Below, piece by piece: positions 52,001 to 63,714 of a stretch of DNA of 64,000 nt (positions within the stretch are counted from its first letter, which is position 1; the number at the start of each line of letters is the position of its first letter). Below the pieces are notes generated by a model. That model was not told the DNA's origin. It ran no database searches and worked only from the letters and a program-made list of their open reading frames with translations. The stretch comes from Phoronis australis (lineage: Eukaryota; Animalia; Phoronida). Made by a program: the position numbers and the translations under genes. The stretch spans positions 498,433-562,432 of the forward strand of contig NMRA01000158.1 in NCBI GenBank assembly GCA_002633005.1, read 5' to 3'.

Positions 52001-55000
52001 GCCTTCCTTCCCCAACCTAATCATCACAGCATTCTCTGGAGCTGAAAGGTCAAATGGCATCAATCCATTTGTAAGTCAGCAAAGAGCAAAAGCCTCAAAC
52101 AGTACCTTCTTCTTCAAAACCTTCAAATTCAAATTATTGTCGCTTTTTGGACCCAAGACCACCAAGCTTATGGCCCCTACAAACTTGTGTTCTTCGCGAA
52201 AAGCGAACTCTGTTATAAAATTGGTCTCAATTTGTTTCTTATCCAGACGAGAACTGATTCTGATCTTGCAAAAACTGGCAGCTCGTTATTGCTCGAGATC
52301 ACATTTGGCGAATAAAATGACCCAAGGTTGCAAGTCACAACAGAGCCTGATTACAAGCAACAACGAACAGTTAACTCCTTTCAAGCCCATGAATCGCATC
52401 TATTTTGACTAAGTAACAATTTGAGACAAATTTTGTAATAGCAAGTGTTCTAAATTAAAACCTCGTTTTGGTGACAGAAGGTGGGTATACAGCCACTTTA
52501 CCGATGATGTTGACAAGCATACTGTTTTGATGTGATAAGTCAATATTCGGGCAGAGTCTTTTGAAAGTTTGTTGGTCTCGAACCCCCTGAAACAGCCAGA
52601 TAACAATGACCCGGTTGACAAAGCTATCTCTAACAAAAAAGCCTGGCCAGCTGTACCAAAGGGGGGCAGCAGTGGTCCTGTCACGTAGAACAGACGGTTG
52701 TAATTACCTGTGGTGTTAGACGTGGGGATCTGCGTGATGTGATCGGCCATTCTGTGGGCCTTCTGCTCATGTTTATTACAGAAGGTCAGCTTGCAAGCAC
52801 TGCACTTTCTGATACAGTTCTTGATCATATGCCTGGCCAGGTGATCCATGTAGACTTTGGTGTTGCAGTGACCGGCACTGGTCACACGCAGCCTGAACAC
52901 ACGGAGGCAGTACATGCACAGTACACTGTCTGTGCCATCGTGTTTCTAAAACGAATAAACACTATTATCAACTGCAGTTTAGGACACATTAGTCACTTAC
53001 AAGGTCCCACATTGTGAGAACCAGTTTGGCACCTTAAATCAGTGAATAAAACTGGTTCTCAAAACGTGTTGCCTCTGTAAATGATAGCTACTGTTTGAGA
53101 TGAAGCATCTAGAATGACACTCATAACCAGAAAATATATTTCAAAAACCCAGAATGATTTAAATCCATCATCGCCAATAGGAAAAAATTATGCCACTTTT
53201 ACAGTAGTTATTTGGATAAACAATCTACTCCATCTTACATTTCACTTCCAACACTCAGCATATTTATCTAACATGACACTGTTGGCTGACAAGTCCAGTC
53301 CAATGCTATTTGTAGTTACTAACTTAAGTGTCAACTGAAAATGTCTTGTGTAAACTGGAAGTGTTTTGAGACACCAAAAACATGAAATTAGGTCATTTCT
53401 CATTTTTTCCATACAAAATGTCAGAAGTATACAAAAAAAATGATCTATCATGTCGTTTCAAGTAACCAACTGAAAACCAACATAAAATTACAAGTTGAGG
53501 CAAACCTTCTTGAAGTGGTCGAGGATATCGGCATAGAAGGACGATCTTAGACCACATAAATTGCACACATAAGGCATTTCTTGTTTGGTGTGAATCTGTC
53601 GCATGTGGGAAATCAGTGCAGAGCCTGTGGTGTGGTCCCGTTCACAGATACGGCACATAAAACTGCTCGTATTGTTCAAATGCACCTGATAACAAAAGTA
53701 AACGTTTTAATGTGAATTCCACGTTCATCCACTACAAAATCAAATAAGGAAAAAAATTCTACCATATAATGAATGACTTAGTTTTACTATGTGAACAACT
53801 GATGTCAACCATGTCTCATTGCTTTAATTTATCATTGCGAAGGGATGACTAACATCAAAGACGAAAAGTTGAATACACTCCAGTCACAGCCAGGCAAAAT
53901 AGCCTAAACTGACAGGTCACAACTGAGAATTTGGCCATAACTAGAAACCCTTGAGCTGTGAAATCATTAACTCTGCCATCTTACCTATTCATCAACAGTT
54001 CTGGTATAATAGAATTTAAACAAAGTTTGGGTAACATATGATGGTAAGCGGAATAGCTTACATGATGTTCTTCCTGGCAGGTACTCTGAATTTCCACAAG
54101 AGCCCTTTCGAAAACGGACCGTGTTGAAAAATATGACCCTAAAATACCTGGAAGTTGTTTGGTGTGAAGGCTTTTTGAAAGCCCAGGATAGGACTGCCAA
54201 TCATCCCAAGATTAAACCACTCTGGCTTAGTATTAAAAAATAACCAGTCATCTCAATTATAATGACTTCATAATACAAATTCCAAGACTTCTTGACAAGT
54301 TTCTATTTTGCCAGATCAGGTCGAAGTTGACGCAGTTGGGTCTACCTGAAAATTTGCAGGCTAAGTCCTTATCTCTGCGATTGCTCGGCAAATTAAATGG
54401 AAACGCAACACACAGCGACAATGTGAAAATGAAGTAGGCTGAAAACTGCTTAATGTTTTTAGGAATGAATTTTGTGGAAAAAATGATCTACCTCAAATCA
54501 CTGAACCATGTCCAGTAAGTATCGTAACGTGGTGCTGGGGAATAACATGGCATGATGCGGGCTATGTGAGCCCGCGAGGTATGTCACTTGTGCCGAGGTC
54601 ACCTATTTACAGAATTTTTTGTTTTCACATTTATATGTTGTCAATTAATACAACTGCACTTTGTTTAGCGTCAACTATGTCAAAAGAGCATTGTTATTCC
54701 GTTTCGGCTATACATTAGCCTATTTAGGGGCATGCAAATAAATCATTAAGTGAGTTACAGAGAAACTGAGTCCCAATGTCTTCAATCTCAGAAGACTTGT
54801 GGTGGAGCCCTACCTTTTCCACATGACACTGAGTTTCATACGGCGTGTTGAACTGGACATAGCAGTGCTTACACGTGGTCAGGTAACTCAGATCTAGGTT
54901 CAACTGTTTCTCAGTGTCGATGTGTCCCTGCATGTGCTTCATCACTTCGGTATTGTTGTAGAACATTTTCTGACATGTGTGACACTGCAACGACAAGTAA

Positions 55001-58000
55001 CCAAGTGCAATATGATCTGGGGCTGTGTTCCAGAGATGCACGACATTCATGAACCACTTGCAACCAGAAATCTTTGCTTACGGAATTTCAAAGGTCACCA
55101 CTTTACTAGAATACACTAGTAAGGTCCCAGGCATGCCTATGGAATGACTTACTGTGGTCAGGCGTTCTCTTCAGTAAGTTTCTCACTTCTATGGAAATCA
55201 GCCTTGGGTTTCAGTCAATAAGAACAGCCGAAAGAAAACGTCAACATTACCTGGTTTCGTGCAATTTTCATTAAATTCTATCCACAATGGAACATCAAAA
55301 CAGTATGACCTTAAGTATTAACCAGCTCTATGACTACCAATAATATTGTAAAAAGATGAAGCCGGAAAACATGTGATTTCCCAAAGCGATTTTGAATAAA
55401 AAAACTTGTTTTGCTGATCATAGCTCACTGGTCCATCCTGGACTACAAAAACCAGATAATCTTCCCTGCATTGCCACTGTAGCTACCAAAAGAGAAGTCT
55501 GGTGACAAATGATCAATTTCATATGTTAAGAATGCTTCAGGGACAATAAAAAACTGGGAAGATAACATTTTCCCCACATTTTTCATGTGTGCACCAAGCT
55601 ACATACGGAAAATGATCATGAAAGAGGCCCCAAGCAGCTTTTTGGACTGTGTTTGCACCATATGTTCCCATTCAAACTTTCTTGGAGGGGGCTGCATCAG
55701 AAATCTTCAGTAAGGACCGCAATTATGTAAGTGCAGCAAGTGTTGGCTACAATATTTCACCTTAAGCAGCTGATTTAGGGTTATTTTGGCTGCTTAACAC
55801 AGAGGAATGCAGTTTATACGATTAACAAATCATCAATTTTAAGACGCTACAAGTGTTACTAACAACGAAAGGTAAATTTTTGGAACTTTAAATTAACTTA
55901 AGTTTTAAAAACAAGGACACTAAAGGAAGCCCAGAAAAAATAACTTACTAATACCCAGAACATTGAAGTTTAAAAAAGACTTGACAATCTGAACATTACC
56001 TAAAGTGATTGACAAGTTCCTTGGAATTAAATTACACCCTCACATTCAACTTCCAACAATCTGCTTTAAATGTGACATAAAAGAAGGATTTGACAAGTAA
56101 AATGTACACTTATGTAGGAATTTGGAGCAAAATGTAACACGTCACAGGTGATGACAAAAACCCTTGAAAAAGAACTATTACAAAGTTTAATCAGGGCTTG
56201 GAATGACCAACGACAAAAAACACGGAAACTTTTACGGCCCAAAACATGCGCGCTACCTAGCCTTGAAATGGTCGATGTGAACCGACAAAAATCGGGAGGA
56301 CTAAAAAAAAAAAAGGTTACCACCATCAGTAGCATGCGTCTGCGTCATCACATTTTTGGCTGCAAAGCCGTAGTATTTGTTACCATGGTTTACAATCACA
56401 CGAGCCGCCATTGAAGAAATCCACCACGCTATCCCAGATGCCCCGGCAATGTTGACAATTTACGTTCCTCCGAAACATAAAGAGCAACTTCCGCTTTTCG
56501 AGGTGAACGTCGTCTGCAACACCGCGGTAAGAAAGGACATTTGGAAAAAGCGGAAATCCGCGTTTCCGTGGAAAATTCCAAGCCTTGTTTAATTCACATT
56601 TTTTGCGGCTTAGGCAAAAATACTTGTCAAAATGTGGCAATCAAACATATTTTGTCATCGATGTACAAATCAGTTGCTTCTAGTTCTACAAATAGATTAT
56701 CACCCTTAAAAGTGATGACGCATTGCTAATCATAATTTTTAATAATGAAAACACCACTGATTTAGCTTGGGATAGTACCATTTCCAAAAACTTCCAATTT
56801 CTTTCAAACAATTTGGGATATCTTGAGAGGTTTAAGAGCATGTGATTTCAACAAAAGGGTGGTGTCACTGCATCTGATACTCTTAATCACCACAACATAA
56901 ACGACACTCAAACACTTCCTCAAAAGTAGGTCAAGTGATGCTAAGTTTGTGTGGTATGACCAGTAGAACTGCGGCGTAATCACTCCCATGAAATCAGACA
57001 TCTGATAACAAGTGACAACACTCAGAACTTAGCGATTACTTGGACCATGTAGTCAGTTGGGCATCAAGCAGTCAGTTGGTAGGTGCACATTCATACTTAG
57101 GTAGACACTTTGCACGCACGCACGCACGCACAGAGTACAGTACTTTATGCTTCATAGACACAATCCAACAATCCTAGGTTTGACTGACTGAGAAATTAAT
57201 TCACCTTGAACCTGAACTCAGCGACTTCATTAGGAGTATTGGGGTCACCTTCTTTCCTGCCATAATAGTATGTGTCTAATGACACCCAGCCGTCACCTGT
57301 TGAAAACATCAGTAGCAAATTCACACTTCAGCTCTTATGTACAGAAATTCACAAAGTTATGCATTCACACAGAAGTTCATAATAGTTGAGAAAGCTTTTC
57401 ACAAGTTGACTGAATGTTGATCTTGCTCAAATTGATTCACTGTTAACCGTGACCAAAGCGGGCGTCAACTCAATACTTTCAAATCTTTCAATAAAGAAAT
57501 TGATTACTCATGTGTGCAAGAAACAAAATATCATGACAAAACNCTCCCCTAAATGATGACTCTTGCAGCATTACCTGAACATAGACCTAAAGATGAAAAT
57601 GTCATTAACCTATTCCTTACCAGATGTCTTAGCTACCGTCTGACGAGGTGGCTGATTGGTTGGTTTTGCAGGTGATTGAATCTATAAAAGATCAGATTTT
57701 AACATCACACTGAACACGAATAAATCTAAATGAGAAAGTAAAAAACATATCAGAAGAAAACTTCACCAAATGCACCAGTAACTGCACTAAATGACCTTGA
57801 AGCACAGAATTAAAAATTACACACAGGAAACAATTATGTACGTATGCAAACATACAAATGTGGGCGCAAAAAATTGAAGACAGTGTTGAGAATCAGACAC
57901 ACATATAAAATACAAGTTGAATGAAATAGTAAAACATTTCGGATAAAATGGACTTAATATTCTCCAATAGGTGCACCAAATGACCTCAAAGTTTGGGATT

Positions 58001-61000
58001 GAAAATTGCTTAAATGTTGTAATCAATGGCTCAAGCTTGTGTCTCACTCAAAATTTAAGAACTCTGGATTTTGTTTTATTCAACTAGCAAAATTTTCCGT
58101 CACTTCTTGTGATTTTTAATTTCTTTTCCACTTTTCATTTGGCAACCATGCGCCAAAGACTGCAGAGTAGCACCAACCTGTACAACTGAACGTGACGTGA
58201 CCACTGGCGGACTAGTGACATTCTTCTGCGGGTTATTCATCAACGTGACCGGCTTGCTGACGGAGTAAGTCACACTTGTACTGCTAACCATGTGCTGAGG
58301 ATTAAGACTGGTGGGTTGAATGGGCGCGTAGGCACGCACTAATTGGTTAGGAGATGTCATGTAGTAGGTGGTACCACGCTGTATTAGAGACAGGGGCTAA
58401 AAAGGAACACCAAAAGATGTCACTCAGTCAACACAAAGAGACATTGGCTACTAAAAATATTCTAGGGGATAGACATGTCACCGACTAAACAGCGAATGTC
58501 AAACACACCCAAAATCAGGTGAGCAGAAACCACATTTAATAATTGCAAGGGGGAACAGAATTTTAGATTCGATTGCAAAACCATTTTTAGGTGCACGTTG
58601 GGTTGCAAATTGAAACCCTGACATAGTGTTATATTCCAAATCACGATAGGATTCTATTTCAGTAATTGATAGGAACACTGAAACCATCAACAAATACACT
58701 TCAATGTTTTGGGGTTGGCCAACCCTAAAACTGAAAATTCAAAGCAGGCACACGTCTACATTGCCTGTGACTTGAATTGGTAAAAGAAAAGGAATCCTAT
58801 CCTCCCAGGGAATATTATGAAACATTTCGTTTTTTTCACACATAGGATATTTTCCATTTACAAGAATCTCACATCATACGTCACATTCTCTGATCATTCA
58901 ATGTCAAGCTGAAAAGACATGCCTGAAAGCCTCAAATCAATTTCACATGACTATTCACATCCACATGTTTGTGAAAAATATGTGAAAGAACTAGAAATGC
59001 GTATTTAGGACAGTAAGATGGTCAATATGGGTGAACAATAAAAATTGGCGCAAAGGAAAGCTACGACACAAAAATACAAAGCACAATTTGAGGATTGGTC
59101 GAATTTTTGCCATGGAAGAACTCTAAGCAAATAATACATTTAACATAGAAAAATATCAAGGAATCTAGATGTGCAAATTGTAAACCAAAACACTTCTGAA
59201 CTCTCTCAACATAACAGAGTTGCCTACTCCTTCTACTGCAGATTGCTAAACCAACTTGACACCCACAAAAATGAGATTGCCCTCTGCTAGTCTTTGTAGA
59301 CAACACTGGGTTTCCAGAAGCGTTTTGATTAATAATTTGAGACCCAAGTACTTGACCTGGATGGGTAATAACCTCTAGCGTAAACAAGTAAAAAGCTGAG
59401 CAATGAAATGGACCCATGACTACAGCAAGGAAGAGCCTTAGTACACACAACAACCGATATGGGACTCCCAGAAACCGGACACCCAGACAGACGATGGCAA
59501 CATGCATCCACATACCTATATGTGGGCACACAATGCACATACAACACCTGTTGATTGTCAACTGACCTGCTGAGCAAAGGCGACTTTGTGCATGGGACGT
59601 GTCAAGTCAACAACTATAGGATGCTGAGAGACAGGCTGTTGAATGACAGGCTGTTGAGTGACAGGCTGTTGAGTGACAGGCTGTTGAGTGACAGGCCGTG
59701 AAGCAACAGACTGTTGAATGACAGGCCGCGGAGCGACAGGTCGTGGAACGACTGGCTGTTGAGGTACCGGCTGTTGAGGGGATAGCTGAGGAGTGATGGG
59801 CCGGCTGGCTACAGGTTGATGCGCGACGGCCTGGTGCGCAACGGCTGGAGTGAAAGCAGCAACTGCCACAGAACTAACGACAGCGACAGAAGATACAGTC
59901 GGCTGGGTGCTGGCTGTTTGGTTATCTTGACCTAAACGAAGAACACAAAATGTTCAAGTTGCAAAACTGAGTTTTGATTTGGACCATGTACCGTATTACC
60001 ACGCCTTCAGACCAATGAGCCTATATCCAAAATGATGCCTTTTTCACGGCCTTTTTTACCCAAGTGGTTCGCATACTAGCTCATGCGCTTAAGTGTCCCA
60101 TATCAGCTCAGTTCCTCACAGACGCCCATGGGCCTAATGGCACGGCAATACGGCACAGCTGTAAGTCTAGTCTCGACTAATTCCTACATCAGATGACCTG
60201 TTGGCTTGGGAGGAGGACGACCTCAAGCAATGAGCAACTGTCTGTTCTTTCCCATCCCATGAACCACTTCTTACTTGAGTAATGAACATATTTGAGACCA
60301 TTTTTACTAAGTAAGAAGAGGCCTGAATCAAAAGATAATTTGTTCCACACAAGGCTGGTAAAAATCAGCTATAAAAACTAAGCATGCGCACGTGCACGTT
60401 TAAATGAATACTGAATGATTTAAAACAAAGAATAATTAATTAACTTTGACAATACTTATCATTGTTGTCACAGCTAATTGGCAAAAAACAGCAAAATTAA
60501 CAATAACTTTGTATTTAGAACTGTATGACCTTATATTTAAAGATAAGCCTGAGGCCTTATATTTGGGAACATTGTTTTTATGTTTCCAGGAAACACAATA
60601 TTTCACCTGTAAATACGTGGGCTTACATGCATGATTGGTTACAAAAGTAAATATAAACAAAGGAATTCTAATTATTACCGAGATACATGAGAAAACAAAT
60701 CTATCGATAAACTAACAAAATCCAACAGGAAAATTATGCAACTGGATAATCAATAATGCATCCGAACACCCGCACACATACAGATATAAAAACACCTATG
60801 TGTGCAAGTGTGTGTATGTGTTTTCATGCATGCCTGTGTTCATGCACGCGTGCGTGTATAAAAATACAAAAATTGACTAACCATTGCAGGCAGATTCATT
60901 TGACTTTGCCATGGCTGCTGCCTGGGCCAATAACTTCTTTGCCTTTTCATTGACAGCCTCGGCAGTTTTTAGTTTGATCAGCGATTCGCTGTAAACTTTC

Positions 61001-61184
61001 TGAGCCAGCTTGGTTGCTTCAATTTGACTCGGAGACAACTCTTCTTCCTTGCATTCCATCAACAGTCCAATGCTTGGTGCTGGCGGACGGCGTCGGAAAG
61101 TCATAACCAGAGGTCGTGTGGGAAGTTTTTCGGATATAATCTCAATATCGTCATCGCTGTCATCATCATCATCACCTTCGCTTT
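42911..61184 (-). CDS. POGZ: POGZ/ZNF280-family C2H2 zinc-finger protein without transposase domain (whole-gene span; 5' exons not seen)
   Basis: 16 GT-AG exons with fully consistent phases, about 1390 codons; LLMECKEEEL, YYYGRKEG, TTCKHCYVQFNTPYETQCHVEKVH, EMPYVCNLCGLRSS, CRYATYCSRAYSNHM and GNKMATHLV are collinear with vertebrate POGZ/ZNF280 motifs. The symbol denotes the family, not proven one-to-one orthology. Confidence 0.9.
43391..43521 (-). CDS. POGZ: POGZ/ZNF280-like exon, R/D/Y/H-rich (DRSPYGPSRRYDHNDQR...)
   Basis: cttcag|GAT ... GACAG|gtaggc; 131 bp, phase 0/2. Confidence 0.8.
44216..45787 (-). CDS. POGZ: POGZ/ZNF280-like large exon: 524-aa acidic E/D/S/G-rich disordered region
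   Basis: ttccag|CAT ... AGG|gtaaat; 1572 bp open, phase 0/0. Confidence 0.9.
45907..46749 (+). mobile_element. Internally deleted LTR retrotransposon: truncated 5' LTR, PPT and full 442-bp 3' LTR
   Basis: Two copies starting tgttaggtatgttaggtattcc (45907, 46308); purine tract gaaacggggaga abuts the second TG; ends ...ccgtaaca (46749); flanks ctcac/ctcat form a 5-bp TSD with one mismatch. Confidence 0.85.
47099..47292 (-). CDS. POGZ: POGZ/ZNF280-like exon
   Basis: ccatag|GT ... AAG|gtacat; 194 bp, phase 1/0. Confidence 0.8.
47663..47716 (-). CDS. POGZ: POGZ/ZNF280-like small exon (DPPTIFDALGLVKKPDA)
   Basis: ttgcag|GA ... GCTG|gtgagt; 54 bp, phase 1/1. Confidence 0.75.
48785..48864 (-). mobile_element. 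tRNA-derived SINE head, degenerate
   Basis: Minus strand has A-box-like tggccttgtgg and B-box-like ggttccagttcc at tRNA-like spacing, without an intact cloverleaf. Confidence 0.5.
48939..49004 (-). CDS. POGZ: POGZ/ZNF280-like small exon (ATHLVECGQLTAYTVEPDPALR)
   Basis: tttcag|CC ... AGAA|gtaagt; completes GNKM-ATHLV, comparable to POGZ GDAMAKHLV. Confidence 0.85.
49337..50478. mobile_element. DINE-1/HINE-type (Helentron-associated) non-autonomous element, second family
   Basis: Hairpin cgctc-ggag-gagcg (49349-62) next to subTIR atacttagcggaa (49363-75); far-end palindrome tacttggcggaa-gaa-ttccgccaagta (50448-74); aaac/A tract before it; A-rich flanks. Confidence 0.8.
51034..51209 (-). CDS. 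POGZ: POGZ/ZNF280-like exon with HPZ-like finger
   Basis: ggcag|G ... ATGG|gttggt; CNRCRYATYCSRAYSNHMTKFH and HCLCGYSTVHGNKM. Confidence 0.9.
51828..52041 (-). CDS. POGZ: POGZ/ZNF280-like exon ending in CFEC..DHY
   Basis: tttcag|CT ... TATAG|gtgagt; 214 bp, phase 1/2. Confidence 0.85.
52708..52945 (-). CDS. POGZ: POGZ/ZNF280-like zinc-finger exon
   Basis: tttag|AAA ... ACAG|gtaatt; LCMYCLRVF..HLARH and CSACKLTF..HRMADH. Confidence 0.9.
53506..53685 (-). CDS. POGZ: POGZ/ZNF280-like zinc-finger exon
   Basis: atcag|GTG ... AAG|gtttgc; CRIC..HMRQIH and EMPYVCNLC. Confidence 0.9.
54814..54984 (-). CDS. POGZ: POGZ/ZNF280-like zinc-finger exon
   Basis: ttgcag|TGT ... AAG|gtaggg; CHTC..HMQGH and CKHC..CHVEK. 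Confidence 0.9.
56192..56587. mobile_element. hAT-like MITE with 6-bp TSD
   Basis: TIR cagggcttggaat / attccaagccttg; tttaat directly repeated on both flanks (56186-91, 56588-93); subterminal cggaaa repeats. Confidence 0.75.
57205..57296 (-). CDS. POGZ: POGZ/ZNF280-like exon with YYG motif (DGWVSLDTYYYGRKEGDP...FRFK)
   Basis: caacag|GT ... AAG|gtgaat; 92 bp; matches the DFYYG motif that precedes the first finger in this family. Confidence 0.85.
57621..57681 (-). CDS. POGZ: POGZ/ZNF280-like small exon (IQSPAKPTNQPPRQTVAKTS)
   Basis: ttttatag|ATT ... TCTG|gtaagg; 61 bp, phase 0/1. Confidence 0.75.
58178..58396 (-). CDS. POGZ: POGZ/ZNF280-like exon, S/T/P/V-rich
   Basis: tttttag|CCC ... CAG|gttggt; 219 bp, phase 0/0. 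Confidence 0.75.
59256..59372 (-). CDS. Possible additional or alternative exon (VITHPGQVLGSQIINQNASGNP...)
   Basis: Acceptor ctagag| in phase 0 and composition like neighbouring exons; donor uncertain (CAA|gttggt gives 117 bp). Confidence 0.35.
59567..59931 (-). CDS. POGZ: POGZ/ZNF280-like exon, P/V/Q-rich with 15-bp PVTQQ repeats
   Basis: tttag|GT ... CAG|gtcagt; 365 bp, phase 1/0. Confidence 0.8.
60882..61184 (-). CDS. POGZ: POGZ/ZNF280-like exon (acidic/SIM-like DDIEII, MECKEEEL motif)
   Basis: ttgcag|AA ... AATG|gttagt; 303 bp, phase 1/1. Confidence 0.85.
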
Positions 61185-61532
61185 CTGCAAGACATACGAA
61201 AGGCGTAAATAGGCAAAAACTTGACACACAGCTACCAGTGCCCTCATTACTTCAAACATTCCTACCAGGGAGAAGAAACACTATCAGATCTGAAACTGTA
61301 AGAAGTAAGAAGAAGGCACAAAGCAAAGCAGGCAGAAAGTGACCTGTGTTATCCCCTCGTTAAAAACATGGTCACATAACAGAGGAATGATTTGCAAATT
61401 CCTCAACCTGACTAGTAGGGTAGCAAGGCTAGATCGAAGGCAAGGCGAGTTTTTAGAGCATTTGACACGGGTCACATTATAGCCAATGAAATCTGGGAGG
61501 TAATGCTTTCCAAGCTAATAAAAAAGGCACAA

Positions 61533-63714
61533 CAGGGCTCGACGCTAATAAAATCGCCAGGTCGCATTTTGCGACCTAGCCAAAATCCCAGATCGCATTT
61601 TCAAAATCCAGCTCGCATTCGTAAACGCCTGGTCGCAAAATTTTCCCGCCATTTTTACGCGCCAAAATAGATTTTTTAGATCATCGGGAAAATGTTTAGA
61701 TTATGCTCTCACCTGCAGCGTTAAATACTCACAAATTTTGGATTTCAAAATTGACTTCATTCATGCAGGTACGGCCTTACTGTTCTTCATGACCGCCATT
61801 GAAAGTCTCTAGAGCGCAAGGCAAGTTGCCGGCGTGAAAGTTGAATCAGTGCTCTCTAACTGACTCGTGCATTCGAGTAGCTAAATTTGCGATGTGAAAA
61901 GGGAGAAAATGCCCGTTGAAAAAGTATCCGGGATTTTGTTAGATCTGGTCTTCTACTGGCCGTCATCAAAGTCGTTAACGATTCAAACTAACTCGGGTAA
62001 TCGCGAGTTTGCTCTTCAATACCTTCCAAGTACGGGAAAAATAGGTCAGTCGCAAAACGACACGCATGTCACTAGTGTTAATTTTCTTTCCGAGGTATAA
62101 AACAAAGCCGGGATTTGGTTTTTACATGTTGTGAAAAGACGTTTTTGAAAACTGAAGTTGTGTAAAATGAAAGTGACACACACCATATAAACTGCGTGTC
62201 AATTTTAAACCACACGCGGTCGTTTGTAGTGCGCAATGATGGGCGCTAGCTTGAACTGTGGGCGCTTAATTGGAAATTCTCAAAATTTAAGGGAGGACTT
62301 TTAATAGATCAGTGAGCGCTTATTATGAAACACTTTAAAGGTAGGGAGTAGGCTTGTGCGTGAGCATAGTCGTTAACCTCAGTGTTTGCGGTAATAAGAT
62401 ATTAAAACGCTGCAATGGTAAGAAACGTTATAATAATACGATTTTGCGAGGCAAACTCCATCTGGTAGGGGTGACTTTCTGGATATCGTTACCACCTACA
62501 TTGTACCCTTTTTAGCCACCCGGAATGATTTTTTTAACTGCCCGCTTCAGCCGGAACAAGGTTGTTTCTATAGGAGTCTGAACATTTTACGGCGACGGTG
62601 GTTCGGGGAGCGAAAAGTTGCCGGGGGGTGTATAAAGAGAAGAATGAAAAGTTCGCTAACTGGAACCACAATTTCGCATCTAGTGCCAGTTTAGTTGCAA
62701 TAGCTGGCTACGGGCATAGAATACAGGGTTTACAGAACATCGACCTCGGGAAACATCGGAACAGGATAACGTTAGTTCTGGGTTATATCGGTCCCGGGAC
62801 ATCGGGTCTTTTATAACCGCTGGGAAACTGAGTTCATTTTCAAATAAACCAGAGCCAAGCCGGTATACTCTTTCATTTAGGACTGTCGCTGTTCTTTGAA
62901 GTGGTGCGCACGCGTGAGTTCACGCACTTGAATCGTTGGAGTAGGCCTACACTTTACGTTGGCAACAACGTGTGAAAGACAATCATATTTCGCGCACGTA
63001 GCCCCAGAAACAAGTAAAGGGTTTGAGAATTTCTTGGCAACTGAAAGTAAAGACGTGACCGTCGTTTGGCGATTAATAAGGTTGTCATTTTCACTTTGGC
63101 TGTCTTAATACGATAAAAGGAGAAGCACATCTCAGTCTAAGTCACGATTGTCTGCCGGGACCGCTTGCGCGCTAACGGTGCCGCAGTGCGATATCAGGGA
63201 TATTGTCGTGGATGTTTGGTACATGTAATAAGGACATCTTATGTGAAAAATAAGCATTTTTGTCCACCACAAAGTTTGGTAAGTTGATCGCTTAAGAATT
63301 AATAGAAACACTGTTGTTTTGTGAAGTGTTATCACGTGTAAGCAGTGGCCCGAAACTTTCTTCGGCGAATCCGGGAATTTACAAAAGTGGCCGAAAGTGT
63401 TAGCCAATGAAACGCGTCAAAGATCGATTCTTCATATCCCATGTTCACGCGACTTGCTTACAAGTCATCGGGAGGCCTGTTCTCGGTTAGTGTTCTTTTG
63501 AACTTGTATTTGGCAACAACCAAATAACGGTCGGATTAACAAGAGCTGCTTTGTATTTGCCAGGTATCTGTTGAGAAGTGTAAAAACTCAGCTCGCATTC
63601 GTTGGAAATTCCAGGTCGCATTTTGCGACTTTATATGAGCTGACAAAAATCTCAGCTCGCATTTCCAAATTTCAGGTCGCAAATGCGACCTGCAGCTCGT
63701 TATGTCGAGCCCTG
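61533..63714. mobile_element. Non-autonomous hAT-like DNA transposon (~2.2 kb) with 5-bp TSD
   Basis: TIR cagggctcgac / gtcgagccctg; cacaa repeated on both flanks (61528-32, 63715-19); subterminal (g/c)tcgcatt repeats and ggtcgca..tgcgacc palindromes at both ends; no transposase ORF. Confidence 0.88.
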
